Shown: one piece after another, positions 35,514 to 45,000 of the stretch
Numbering within the stretch: the stretch's first letter is position 1
How the letters are laid out: each line of letters begins with the position of its first letter
Origin: a candidate division FCPU426 bacterium
Lineage (GTDB): Bacteria > Oederibacteriota > PGYV01 > Palsa-1178
Length of the DNA stretch: 64,000 bases
Direction of reading: 5' to 3'
Assembly: GCA_963840035.1 (NCBI GenBank)
Contig: CAWIXE010000002.1
Span: 128,001-192,000 of the forward strand
Notes under the pieces: generated by a model
What the model was told of the DNA's origin: nothing
The model's input: the letters and a program-made list of their open reading frames with translations, nothing else
Database searches by the model: none
Position numbers and translations under genes: made by a program

Positions 35514-36074
35514 GTGAAAAAACTTTACTTAAAAACAAGGGCTGCATGGCGTAAGTGGCTTAAAAAAAACTACAGGACAGCAAAGGAAATATGGCTCATG
35601 ACCCCCCATAAAAGCAGCGGTAAGCCGGGCGTGCTTTATAATGACGCTGTAGAGGTTGCCCTGTGCTTCGGATGGATAGACAGCACGGTCAGGAACATTA
35701 ACCCGGATTTTTCCGCGCAGAGATACTCGCCAAGGAATCCGCATACTGCTTATTCTCAGGCAAACATCGAGAGGCTGAAATTATTGTCAAAGCAGGGGCA
35801 GTTGGCGCCTGATGTCAAAAAATCAACGATAAGCGTCATTAAAAAAATTTTTACATTCCCCCGCGACATTATGGACGCCATCCGGGAAGATGAAACCGCA
35901 TGGAAAAACTTCGCGAAATTCCCCGCTGCATATAAAAGATTGCGTGTAGCGTTCGTGGAAGGGGCGCGGAAGAGGCCCGCGATGTTCAGGACGAGGCTTA
36001 AATACCTGACAAAAATGAGCCATGCCGGAAAAATGTTCGGTTACGGCGGCATAGATAAATACTATAAGAAATAA
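35514..36074 (+). CDS. YdeI/OmpD-associated family protein
   Basis: WRKWL.KN, AVEVALCFGWIDS, YSPR, F.KFP.AYKR. Confidence 0.88.
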   Translation: MKKLYLKTRAAWRKWLKKNYRTAKEIWLMTPHKSSGKPGVLYNDAVEVALCFGWIDSTVRNINPDFSAQRYSPRNPHTAYSQANIERLKLLSKQGQLAPDVKKSTISVIKKIFTFPRDIMDAIREDETAWKNFAKFPAAYKRLRVAFVEGARKRPAMFRTRLKYLTKMSHAGKMFGYGGIDKYYKK

Positions 36075-36090
36075 TTTCAGAAGGGGAGAC

Positions 36091-36702
36091 ATGAGAAAAA
36101 TAATAGTAACGCAGTTCATGACCCTTGACGGCGTGGTACAGGCGCCGGGCGGGCCCGAAGAAGACACGGCCGGCGGTTTTAAATACGGTGGATGGTCTTT
36201 CAATTACTGGGATAAACTCTCGGGAGATATCATGGCCGGGTTCATGGGCATACCTTTTGAACTGCTCCTGGGCAGGCGTACTTATGACATATTTGCCGCG
36301 TACTGGCCCACGGCAAAGGAAGACCTTATAGTGGCGGATAAATTTAACGCAACAAAAAAATATGTAGTCTCGCATAAGGAGTTTGAGCCATCATGGAAGA
36401 ACACCATATGCGTCGCAGGCGATATACCCGCCCGGATAAAAGAACTGAAAGAAGCTGCCGGGCCCGATCTCTGGATACACGGAAGCGGGAATCTCATACA
36501 AACACTGCTTAAGAACCGGCTGATTGACAGGATGCACATCTGGACATGTCCTGTAACGTTAGGGACAGGCAAAAGGCTCTTTGCCGAAGGCACGCAGGCC
36601 CAGGATTTTAAGCTTGTTGAAACCAAAATTTCATCAAAAGGCGTGGTGATCGGCACATATGATCCGGCTGGCGGACTAAAACCGGGTTCGTTTGTCCCGT
36701 AG
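36091..36702 (+). CDS. Dihydrofolate reductase-like (RibD C-terminal) family protein
   Basis: MTLDGVVQAPGG, LLLGRRTY, GSGNLIQTL, LGTGKRLF. Confidence 0.92.
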   Translation: MRKIIVTQFMTLDGVVQAPGGPEEDTAGGFKYGGWSFNYWDKLSGDIMAGFMGIPFELLLGRRTYDIFAAYWPTAKEDLIVADKFNATKKYVVSHKEFEPSWKNTICVAGDIPARIKELKEAAGPDLWIHGSGNLIQTLLKNRLIDRMHIWTCPVTLGTGKRLFAEGTQAQDFKLVETKISSKGVVIGTYDPAGGLKPGSFVP

Positions 36703-36945
36703 AGCCGACGACTTCTCCCCTTGGGAGAAAATCAGGATGAAGGGTAATCAAGCCCTGTTTTATTCCCCTCACCCCCAGCCCCTATCCCAAGAGGAGAGGG
36801 GAAGCATAGGCGCAAAGAGATAGACATATTTAGTATAGGAAAAATGAAATTACACACTATTATATGCAGTATCACTGTAAACACCGCCCTTGAATTATCC
36901 CCGAAAAGGTCTATAATATCCATATTACGTAAATGAGGGGTGCTC

Positions 36946-37512
36946 ATGAAAACTCAGGTGAGGAACGGGCTGGTGCGGAACTTTAATGATTATGTTAAGG
37001 CCGTTTATGGGGCGGATAAGTACGGGATATGGCTTAATAACCTTAAACCCGCGGCAAAGGCTTTATACTCCGCGGGCAGGTTTGCGCAGCGGTGGTATGA
37101 CGCTGAGGAGTTTTATATAGAACCGGTCATAACCATGTGCAAGGTTTTTGACAAGGGGCATACTGACGCTGCATGGCACTCCGGCGTATGGGGCGTGGAA
37201 AGCTGGATGAAAGGCCGCATCAAATGGATGTTTGAAAAACTTAATACTGAAATGGTCATGAAGACATTACTCGTGCCCGCGGCGCTGCATTATTACAGGC
37301 CCGTAAAGATCGCGGAAATTTCGGTAAAGAAGGGCGAGGCCGCGATATATGTGGCGGGCATGGACAGTTCGGAGAGTCTGCTTGCCTTCAGGTTCGGCGG
37401 CGGCATGGAAAAGGCGCTGCAGATGAAGGGCTGCAGGGATGTGCTTGTGCAGACCGGAACCGCGAAAAGGAAAGGGCTGGAGTGCACGGCCTTTTTCATA
37501 AGCTGGAAATAA
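36946..37512 (+). CDS. Hypothetical protein
   Basis: Long ORF with GAGG RBS and upstream TATAAT. Confidence 0.7.
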   Translation: MKTQVRNGLVRNFNDYVKAVYGADKYGIWLNNLKPAAKALYSAGRFAQRWYDAEEFYIEPVITMCKVFDKGHTDAAWHSGVWGVESWMKGRIKWMFEKLNTEMVMKTLLVPAALHYYRPVKIAEISVKKGEAAIYVAGMDSSESLLAFRFGGGMEKALQMKGCRDVLVQTGTAKRKGLECTAFFISWK

Positions 37513-37525
37513 TAAGAGAGGAAAT

Positions 37526-37873
37526 ATGGATAAACGCAAGGAACTTAAACTTCAATATAAGGAAACAAAACCCGTGGCAGGGGTTTATCAGATAAAAAAC
37601 ATCAGGAATGGGAAAATGCTTGTAGACTCACTGCCTGATATGCGCTCTTTTAACGGTAAAAAGTTCCAGCTTTCCATTGGCAAACATTTTAACGCGCGGC
37701 TCCAGGCCGAGTATAATGAATTTGGCGGGGACGCGTTTAGTTTTGATGTCCTTGAAACTTTAATGGAAAAGGATGAACCGGGGTTTGACAGGGAAAAGGA
37801 ACTGAAGAAACTTAAAGATAAGTGGATAGACACGCTAAAACCTTTTGATGAAAAAGGGTATAATACTAAATAA
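37526..37873 (+). CDS. GIY-YIG-like family protein
   Basis: RKELK..YKE....GVYQIKN, LQAEYNEFG...FSFDVLE. Confidence 0.8.
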   Translation: MDKRKELKLQYKETKPVAGVYQIKNIRNGKMLVDSLPDMRSFNGKKFQLSIGKHFNARLQAEYNEFGGDAFSFDVLETLMEKDEPGFDREKELKKLKDKWIDTLKPFDEKGYNTK

Positions 37874-37885
37874 CAGAGGTGGAAC

Positions 37886-38254
37886 ATGGGAAAACAGACG
37901 GTCGCAATACTCGGAGCAAGCCATAAACCACAGAGGTACGCGCACAAGGCAATGCTGGCATTATTAAAGGAAGGGCATAAGGTAATCCTTATTAACCCGG
38001 GGCTAAAGGAAATAGAGGGGATAGAATGCCTGAAATCCATCACTGATATTGCTGAAAAAGTGGATACCCTTACATTATATGTAGGCAAAGAAAAAGTGGA
38101 ATATCTGGCTGACAAGATAGTCGCGTTAAAGCCCGGCAGGATCATATCAAATCCTGGAACAGAGACGGAAGTGCTCAAAGAAATGGCGGAAAAGAACAAA
38201 ATTGAATACATGGAAGCATGCACGCTGGTAATGCTGAAAACAGGGCGGTTTTAA
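37886..38254 (+). CDS. CoA-binding domain protein
   Basis: VAILGASHKPQRY, DTLTLYV, NPGTE, ACTLVML. Confidence 0.9.
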   Translation: MGKQTVAILGASHKPQRYAHKAMLALLKEGHKVILINPGLKEIEGIECLKSITDIAEKVDTLTLYVGKEKVEYLADKIVALKPGRIISNPGTETEVLKEMAEKNKIEYMEACTLVMLKTGRF

Positions 38255-38282
38255 TGTCTGATTACAGGTTTATGGGGCGCTG

Positions 38283-39701
38283 ATGGAAGACAGGGAAAAA
38301 CTTCAGAATGATTTCATAAAAATTGCGGCAGAGGAAATAAGGTTTAATAACCTGCGATTTGAAATATTTTACAAAATGACGCAGATGATGGGGCATGACG
38401 AAAAAGAATTAAAAGATTTTGCGCTGGAATCATGCGTCCAGGCGACAAAAAGTTCCATAGGGTACATATATTTTATGAATGAAGATGAGACTGAGTTAAG
38501 CCTTCATGCCTGGTCGAAAAGCGTCATGACGGAATGCGAAGTTGAGGCAGTTCCGGACGTTTATAAGGTGTCGGAGACGGGGCTCTGGGGCGACGCGGCG
38601 CGGCTGAGAAGGCCTGTCATCACAAACGATTATGACGCGCCGAATCCTTCAAAAAAAGGCTTGCCAAAAGGCCACGTGCCTTTGCAAAGGCACATGAGTA
38701 TCCCGCTGATTGACAACGGTAAAATAGTGCTTTTGGCCGGGGTGGGAAACAAAAAGGCGCCTTATGTGGATGATGATATAAAGTCTATGACTGTTATTAT
38801 GGAGACTATGTGGCGCATTATTCAAAAGAGAAAAGCGGAAGAGTCACAGAAAAAATACGGACAGGACCTTGAAGCGGCCATTAATGAAAAAACTGCGGAA
38901 CTAAAGGCGTCAAAGGAAGAGCTTAAGTTCAATTATGAAAAGCTTCTTGAAACGGAAAAAATAAAAAGCAACTTTCTTTCCATTGTGTCGCATGAGCTCC
39001 GCACGCCGATGACATCTATAAAAGGTTTCCTTTCGTTCATGTTAGCCGGTGCTGCCGGGCCTTTAAATGATAAGCAGAAAGAATACCTTAATATAATTAA
39101 AAACAACTCAAACAGGCTTTTATCCCTGATAAATGAGCTGCTCGACGTGTCCAGGATGGAGGCTGGTACTTTCTCGATAAACATGAAAATGTTCGACCTT
39201 GTGCTCATACTTGATGAATCCATAAAGGATATCATGTCACTGGCGGAAAATAAAAAGATCAGGATCAGGAAAGTGACGGCTGTTGAAAAGCTTGATATAA
39301 AGATAGACGAGTACAGGATATCGCAGTCCATATTAAACCTGCTCAGCAACGCCGTTAAATTTTCCCCGCAGGGGACGGAAATAACGGCAGGATTGGCGCT
39401 GAAAAAACGCAGGGAAATCGATTTGCCTGTGTATGTCAGCCTGGAAGGCAGCGCGGAAAAAAAATACGCTGTGATATATGTAAAAGACAGCGGATTTGGC
39501 ATGGAAAAAAAGAGCTTGCCTCTTTTGTTCAGGCGTTTTTATCAGGTGGATGACATAAATACAAGGCGCTATGAAGGCGCCGGGTTGGGGCTTGCTATAA
39601 CAAAGGAAATTGTAATAGCTCACGGAGGCATGGCCTGGGCTGATTCGGAAGGGCCGGGAAAGGGCTCCACTTTTTTTATTGCTTTGCCGTATAATACGTA
39701 A
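38283..39701 (+). CDS. Cytoplasmic GAF-domain sensor histidine kinase
   Basis: GAF domain; H-box SHELRTP; N box NLLSNAVKF; G boxes DSGFG, GAGLGL. Confidence 0.93.
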   Translation: MEDREKLQNDFIKIAAEEIRFNNLRFEIFYKMTQMMGHDEKELKDFALESCVQATKSSIGYIYFMNEDETELSLHAWSKSVMTECEVEAVPDVYKVSETGLWGDAARLRRPVITNDYDAPNPSKKGLPKGHVPLQRHMSIPLIDNGKIVLLAGVGNKKAPYVDDDIKSMTVIMETMWRIIQKRKAEESQKKYGQDLEAAINEKTAELKASKEELKFNYEKLLETEKIKSNFLSIVSHELRTPMTSIKGFLSFMLAGAAGPLNDKQKEYLNIIKNNSNRLLSLINELLDVSRMEAGTFSINMKMFDLVLILDESIKDIMSLAENKKIRIRKVTAVEKLDIKIDEYRISQSILNLLSNAVKFSPQGTEITAGLALKKRREIDLPVYVSLEGSAEKKYAVIYVKDSGFGMEKKSLPLLFRRFYQVDDINTRRYEGAGLGLAITKEIVIAHGGMAWADSEGPGKGSTFFIALPYNT

Positions 39702-39823
39702 AAGTGCATAATTCGGGTTTTGCGTATAATGAGCGGTTTTTTCCCCGTTGACTGTTTTTAAAAGAATGATATAATTAGGCTGTTTTATTAATCGATATAC
39801 CATTTCACAGGGAGGTTTTTATA

Positions 39824-40060
39824 ATGGGTAAATTTGGGATTGCGGTATATGTCGGAGTCGTAGGTCTTTTAACAGGCGTTGTAATAGGCGAATTCTTTCC
39901 TAAACTTTTTAACGATAATCTCATGGGTTCTATCGGCAGCGCTGTAAGCGAGCCGTTTTCAAGATACAGGAATGAACTGGCCATTAAATACGCCCTTATC
40001 GGCCTCGCAATCGGCGCGGTAATCGGCATCGGCCTGGCTTTATTATCCAAGAAAAAGTAA
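39824..40060 (+). CDS. Small two-TM membrane protein
   Basis: GGAGG RBS; two hydrophobic Gly-rich helices. Confidence 0.7.
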   Translation: MGKFGIAVYVGVVGLLTGVVIGEFFPKLFNDNLMGSIGSAVSEPFSRYRNELAIKYALIGLAIGAVIGIGLALLSKKK

Positions 40061-40083
40061 TAAACAATCCCCCGGAGGGAAAT

Positions 40084-41435
40084 ATGAAAAAGAGAATTCT
40101 TTTATTATTGGCATTTATATTTGTCATATCATTCGGCGTTTTTGCCGAAGATCCCATGCTTCCAGGCGACCCGGGAATGGGCGACCCGATGGCTTCAGAT
40201 CCGGGAATGGGTATGGATCCTATGGCTTCTGACCCTGGAATGGGTGCGGATCCAATGGCTTCTGATCCGGGTATGGATCCGGGAGCAGGATTATCCGGTG
40301 ACGCGGGAGCAATGCCCGGAGGCGATATCGCAGGCGCTGACCTTATGCCTGCTGACCCGTCAATGGGAGCGGACCCGGCTGCGGGCGCTGACATGGGAAT
40401 GGGCGCAGACCCGGCAATGGGTGCGGACCCGGCTGCGGGAATGCCCGGAGACGCGACAGGCGCGGACATGATGGGCGCTGATATGGGGACAGGGACTGAC
40501 CAGGCTTTAATGACGCCGGACACCGGAGCGGATATAACAGGAGGAGCGGGAATAACCGACCCGTCAATGGACCCGGGAGTGGCGGAGCACGGCGATTTTG
40601 CCGCGCAGGGAAATTTAGACAGCAATAATCAGCAGGTAACACCTGACAATATGGGCACGCCGGGCGATGACCCCATGGCTGGCATGGGCATGGATTCCGG
40701 AATGGGTCTGCCGGGAGGCGCGGCGCAGAGCAGGCAGCGCCTGTAACGGCCGGGGGATCCCTTCCCGCACTTCCTTCAACGTCATCATCTAAAAGCAAAA
40801 GTACTCCTTATTATAAAGCGGTACCGCTTACAAACGAACTCAGGGTAATGGATAAAAAGACCGGAGAACTCGGCCAGCAGTATTCTTTGAAAAGGTTCAT
40901 GGGATGGATGACTGAAAGTTCATCGCAGATGAAGTCAAAACACGGTGCCATGAATACGCAGGATTTAAACGCGTATACGGCATGGGTTACAAATAAGGGC
41001 AATAATGGAGTGGGACAGTCGTTGACGCTGGATTTTTCACCCATATATTTTGCGTCCATGCAGGAAGGCGAGATAGGGGCCGCGAAAATCACGGGGATAA
41101 AAATAATTAACGGCTATAACAGGTCAAAAGAAGACTGGACAAATAACGCGCGCGTGCGCACCATGAGGATATATAAAAACGACAAAGTGTTCTGCAATAT
41201 AGAGCTTTATGACACCACAAACTGGCAGGAGATAAAGTTTAAGAAAGCCATGATAGTAAGGCCCGGCGACGTAATGAAGGCAAAGATTACCGATTATTTT
41301 GAAGGTTACATGTACCCGAACGCCGCAATAACTGAGTTCCTGCCTGTGGGCGCGCCGGACGGCGTGGTTGTGGGCGCGGAATACATGGACGGAAAACCGC
41401 TGACCAGCGTGCGAAACGGCGGGATGTACGATTAA
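40084..41435 (+). pseudogene. Secreted protein with DPxMG low-complexity repeats and a C-terminal discoidin/NADase-type glycan-binding-like domain; split by a frameshift near 40725
   Basis: Signal peptide; the frame of ORF 40848-41435 is open back to about 40725 (AEQAAPVTAGG...); TAWV..G..GVGQ, INGY, NARVR, AITE pattern. Confidence 0.65.
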
Positions 41436-41458
41436 AAACGGATTCCAGATTCTGGATT

Positions 41459-42516
41459 CTTGAATTCAAGGTAAAAGTGCAACACTTCTGTTAAAATCTT
41501 TATGTCGAGTAAAGAATACAGAAGGAGGTTGCACCAATGAAATTATACAAGCATTTAGGCATAGAAGAAAGAGCAAAAATTGTTATTTTACAGGACCAAG
41601 GGTTCACAGTTGGTGAAATAGCAGCTGAGCTTGGAAGACACAGATCCACGATACACAGAGAAATAACTAGGAACAGCAACATAGAAACCGGAGAATATGT
41701 TGCTAGAGATGCAAACACATCATACAGACGAAGATTAAGTGTCCCCCAGGGCAGAATAAGGGATACAGCAATAAAGTCGTATGTGATAGATAAACTTAAA
41801 AACGGTTGGTCTCCTGAAAGAATTTCAGGAAGGATAGCGGAAGAACTACCGGGAAAAAGTATTAGTACTGAAACAATATACATGTTTGTATATAAAGAAG
41901 AGCCGGGATTTAGAGGATGTTTAACTAGGCACCACATGAAAAGGCACTTAAAAGGTCAGAGAAAGACGCATACAAAAGGTCGTATACCCAATAAAACATC
42001 AATAGAATTAAGGCCTAAACAAATAGACGAACGTAAACAGGTCGGGCATTGGGAAAGCGACACAATGGCTGGATTACAAAAGAAAAATTCAGGACTAACC
42101 TTTACAGTGGAAAGAAAAACACGGTTAACGAAGATATATAAGTTAAGAGTAATAACCGCAAGGCATAACAGAAGAAACATAATGAAATCATTACGAAGTG
42201 TGCCTGAAGGCGTTCGGTTAAGCATAACTTATGACAACGGAAAAGAAAATGTTGAGCACGAAAAGATTAATAAACAGATAGGGTGTAAATCATACTTTTG
42301 CCATGAAAAAAGTCCCTATGAAAAAGGCACGGTTGAGAACACAATAGGATTGGCGAGAAGGATATACCCAAAAGGCACAGACTTTGATATGATAAGCTCC
42401 GGCAGGATAAAAGAACTTGAAAATTGGCTGAATAATTTACCAAGGAAATGTTTGGGCTGGAAAACTCCAAACGAAGCATTTAACAAGATGTGTTGCACTT
42501 AAACATTGAATGTAGC
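41459..42516 (+). mobile_element. IS30-family element with 26-bp imperfect IRs and a 3-bp ATT target duplication
   Basis: Left IR cttgaattcaaggtaaaagtgcaaca; right IR (reverse complement) gctacattcaatgtttaagtgcaaca; ATT at 41456-41458 and 42517-42519. Confidence 0.9.
41537..42502 (+). CDS. IS30-family transposase
   Basis: HTH LGRHRSTIHREITRN; GHWESDT, TYDNGKE, EKGTVEN, NNLPRKCLGWKTP. Confidence 0.96.
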   Translation: MKLYKHLGIEERAKIVILQDQGFTVGEIAAELGRHRSTIHREITRNSNIETGEYVARDANTSYRRRLSVPQGRIRDTAIKSYVIDKLKNGWSPERISGRIAEELPGKSISTETIYMFVYKEEPGFRGCLTRHHMKRHLKGQRKTHTKGRIPNKTSIELRPKQIDERKQVGHWESDTMAGLQKKNSGLTFTVERKTRLTKIYKLRVITARHNRRNIMKSLRSVPEGVRLSITYDNGKENVEHEKINKQIGCKSYFCHEKSPYEKGTVENTIGLARRIYPKGTDFDMISSGRIKELENWLNNLPRKCLGWKTPNEAFNKMCCT

Positions 42517-42550
42517 ATTCTAAATTTTGAATTAAAACGAAAAGCATATA

Positions 42551-42581
42551 AAAGGCGGCGCGAAAACGCCGCCTTTATTTT
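42551..42581 (+). terminator. Intrinsic terminator
   Basis: aaaggcggcg-cgaaaa-cgccgccttt followed by T-rich sequence. Confidence 0.75.
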
Positions 42582-42595
42582 TGAAGGAGTTAAAT

Positions 42596-43336
42596 GTGAA
42601 AAAGTTTGCTGGGCAGGCTGTTTTGGCGGCGGTTTTAGTCGCTGTTTCAGCGCTGATTTTTTACTTCCATTACAGAGTGTACCATGACAAGAAGTTTGTC
42701 ATAGACTGGCTTATCGGGTCGCTGGCGTTTTTGCCTATTTCAGTGCTTGTGGTATCACTCATACTAGAGCGCATCATTAGCGGCAGGGAAAAGGCGGCGC
42801 TGCTGGCAAAGCTTAACATGGTAATAGGCGCGTTTTTTAGCGAGGCAGGGGGCGGGCTTTTGTTCATGCTTGAAAAACACGCCAATGTCTCCTCTGAAAT
42901 AAAGGAAAGCCTGCTTATAAACGGCAAGTGGCTAAAAAAGGATTTTATCGCGGCTGAAAAGAAACTCCGCGGGTACTTTTATGGATTTGACACCAGGGGC
43001 ATGGACTTAAAGGCGATAAGGGATTTTTTGACATCCAAAAGGGAATTTCTGCTCCGGCTTCTGGAAAATCAGAACCTTCTGGAACATGAGACTTTTACCG
43101 ACCTTTTATGGGCGGTTTTCCACGTGACAGAAGAGCTCGAATCAAGGAAAAACCTGAAAAAGCTTTCACAGGGCGACCTTGCCCATATATCCGGAGACAT
43201 ACAAAGGGCTTATGTGCTTTTGGTGGCGGAGTGGATCGGTTACATGTCACACTTAAAGACGCAGTACCCGTACCTTTTTTCGCTGGCCGTAAGAAAGAAC
43301 CCGTTTGACAGCAAGGCGAAGGCGGAGATACAGTAG
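42596..43336 (+). CDS. Conserved-looking hypothetical membrane protein
   Basis: AAGGAG RBS then GTG; two N-terminal TM helices; KLNMVIGAFFSE, LLEHETFTDLLWAVFH. Confidence 0.8.
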   Translation: MKKFAGQAVLAAVLVAVSALIFYFHYRVYHDKKFVIDWLIGSLAFLPISVLVVSLILERIISGREKAALLAKLNMVIGAFFSEAGGGLLFMLEKHANVSSEIKESLLINGKWLKKDFIAAEKKLRGYFYGFDTRGMDLKAIRDFLTSKREFLLRLLENQNLLEHETFTDLLWAVFHVTEELESRKNLKKLSQGDLAHISGDIQRAYVLLVAEWIGYMSHLKTQYPYLFSLAVRKNPFDSKAKAEIQ

Positions 43337-43427
43337 TCGCAAGACCCAAGACCCATTACCCAGGTCCAGAACTGTTGTTTTTGACTTGAGTCATGGGGCC
43401 TGGGTCATGGGACAAAAGGAGAATGTT

Positions 43428-44219
43428 TTGAATATAGACGAACTGATAATGTACGAGGATGACGATTTTATCGCTGTTAACAAGCCTTCAGGGCTGCTTG
43501 TGATACCGGACAGGTTTGATAAGGCTAAAGAAAATTTATATGACATGTTAAACGCCAAATACGGCAAGGTATTCGTGGTCCACAGGCTTGATAAGGATAC
43601 CAGCGGACTGGTCATATTCGCGAAGAACCCGGAAGCGCACAGGGATCTTTCCATGAAATGGGAAGAGGGGAATGTGTCTAAGACGTATTTTGCCATAGTT
43701 AAAGGCAGGCTCAAGGAAAAGACAGGCACCATAAACATGGGAATCGCGCCTTTAAAAAAGAAAAAAGGCGTCATGACCATAGACATGAAAAACGGCAAGC
43801 GTTCGGTCACAAATTATAAGGTGATGGAAGAGTATAAGGATTTTACCCTTCTGGAGGTAAAGCCGAAAACCGGAAGGACCCACCAGATAAGGGTGCATCT
43901 TTCAGCCATCGGGCACCCGCTGGCCGTGGATCCTTTATATGACAGGATAGAAGCCATAGGAAAAGGCATAAGGCGCGGGCCCGGGTCAATGGCAAAATCG
44001 CAGAAAACAGGGCTTGTAAAGGGCAAAAATTTTGTCCCTGAAGCTGTCAAGGCCCCCATCGGCAGGCTGCCGCTGCACGCCGGAAAAATAAGTTTTACGC
44101 ATTTCAGGAAAAACGAGACGGTGGAGCTTGAGGCTAAAATGCCGAAGGATTTTAAGACAGCCATTGAAATACTGGGCTTGCAGAAGTTTTACAACGGCAA
44201 GGATTCAAGGCTGAACTAA
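43428..44219 (+). CDS. RluA-family pseudouridine synthase
   Basis: VNKPSGL, catalytic HRLDKDTSG, TGRTHQIRVHL, LHA. Confidence 0.95.
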   Translation: MNIDELIMYEDDDFIAVNKPSGLLVIPDRFDKAKENLYDMLNAKYGKVFVVHRLDKDTSGLVIFAKNPEAHRDLSMKWEEGNVSKTYFAIVKGRLKEKTGTINMGIAPLKKKKGVMTIDMKNGKRSVTNYKVMEEYKDFTLLEVKPKTGRTHQIRVHLSAIGHPLAVDPLYDRIEAIGKGIRRGPGSMAKSQKTGLVKGKNFVPEAVKAPIGRLPLHAGKISFTHFRKNETVELEAKMPKDFKTAIEILGLQKFYNGKDSRLN

Positions 44220-44251
44220 ATAAATTTGATTTTTGATCATATAAATTAAAG

Positions 44252-44281
44252 AGGGCCCGGGAAGTTGTTCCGGGCCTTTTT
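44252..44281 (+). terminator. Intrinsic terminator
   Basis: ggcccggga...ttccgggcc followed by a T tract. Confidence 0.8.
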
Positions 44282-44317
44282 ATTTTTTCTCCTGCAACCC
44301 CTTCAATAAAAAATAAC

Positions 44318-44359
44318 TTGACAAAGTTATATCTTTTTGATATATATCAATTAGATATA
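44318..44359 (+). promoter_or_regulatory. Promoter with two tandem palindromic operators (TATATC-N5-GATATA)
   Basis: TTGACA at 44318; palindromes at 44328-44344 and 44343-44359 covering the -10 region. Confidence 0.7.
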
Positions 44360-44384
44360 TAAATATCGTCATGCGGAGGTTGTC

Positions 44385-44951
44385 ATGAAAGAAAACAAGG
44401 CAAAGTATGTGATACTCGGGCTGTTGTCTCATATGCCAATGACCGGGTATGAACTGAAGAAATACTCTTCAAGCTGGATACCTTATTTTTGGGAGATCAG
44501 TTATGGGCAGATATATCCATCCTTAAAACAGATGGAAACAGGAGGTTTGATAGACCTGGCCGAAGGGAAGATAAAGGGAAAAAGGGCGGAGTCAAAGACT
44601 TATATGCTGACTTCAAAAGGGAAAGAATCCCTTGAACAATGGCTCAAGGACCCCAAACAAAATGAGGTTTACAGGTCGGAACTCCTGCTAAAGCTCTTTT
44701 TTAGTTCCCGCATACCGCCCGAAGTAAGTTCGGAAAAAATCCGGGTATTAAAAAAAGAAAGCTTAAAACACAGGGATTTACTTAAAGGCGAGGTGGATAA
44801 ACTCAAAGAACAAATCAGCCTGAGCCCGGACCATCCGTATTTTATGTTCACGGCGATGTTTGGCGAGATGTATTATGACATGTGCGCGCAATGGTCGGAT
44901 AAGGTTTTAAGGATCTTAAGCAGGCTGGACAGGGCGAAAAGAAGCGAATAA
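44385..44951 (+). CDS. PadR-family transcriptional regulator
   Basis: ILGLL...PMTGYEL, SYGQIYPSL, Y.LT.KG, LLKLFF. Confidence 0.93.
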   Translation: MKENKAKYVILGLLSHMPMTGYELKKYSSSWIPYFWEISYGQIYPSLKQMETGGLIDLAEGKIKGKRAESKTYMLTSKGKESLEQWLKDPKQNEVYRSELLLKLFFSSRIPPEVSSEKIRVLKKESLKHRDLLKGEVDKLKEQISLSPDHPYFMFTAMFGEMYYDMCAQWSDKVLRILSRLDRAKRSE

Positions 44952-45000
44952 AAGTTTACGCGGCGTTAAAACCGGGCAATAACTAAAGGAGGAAAATGAC

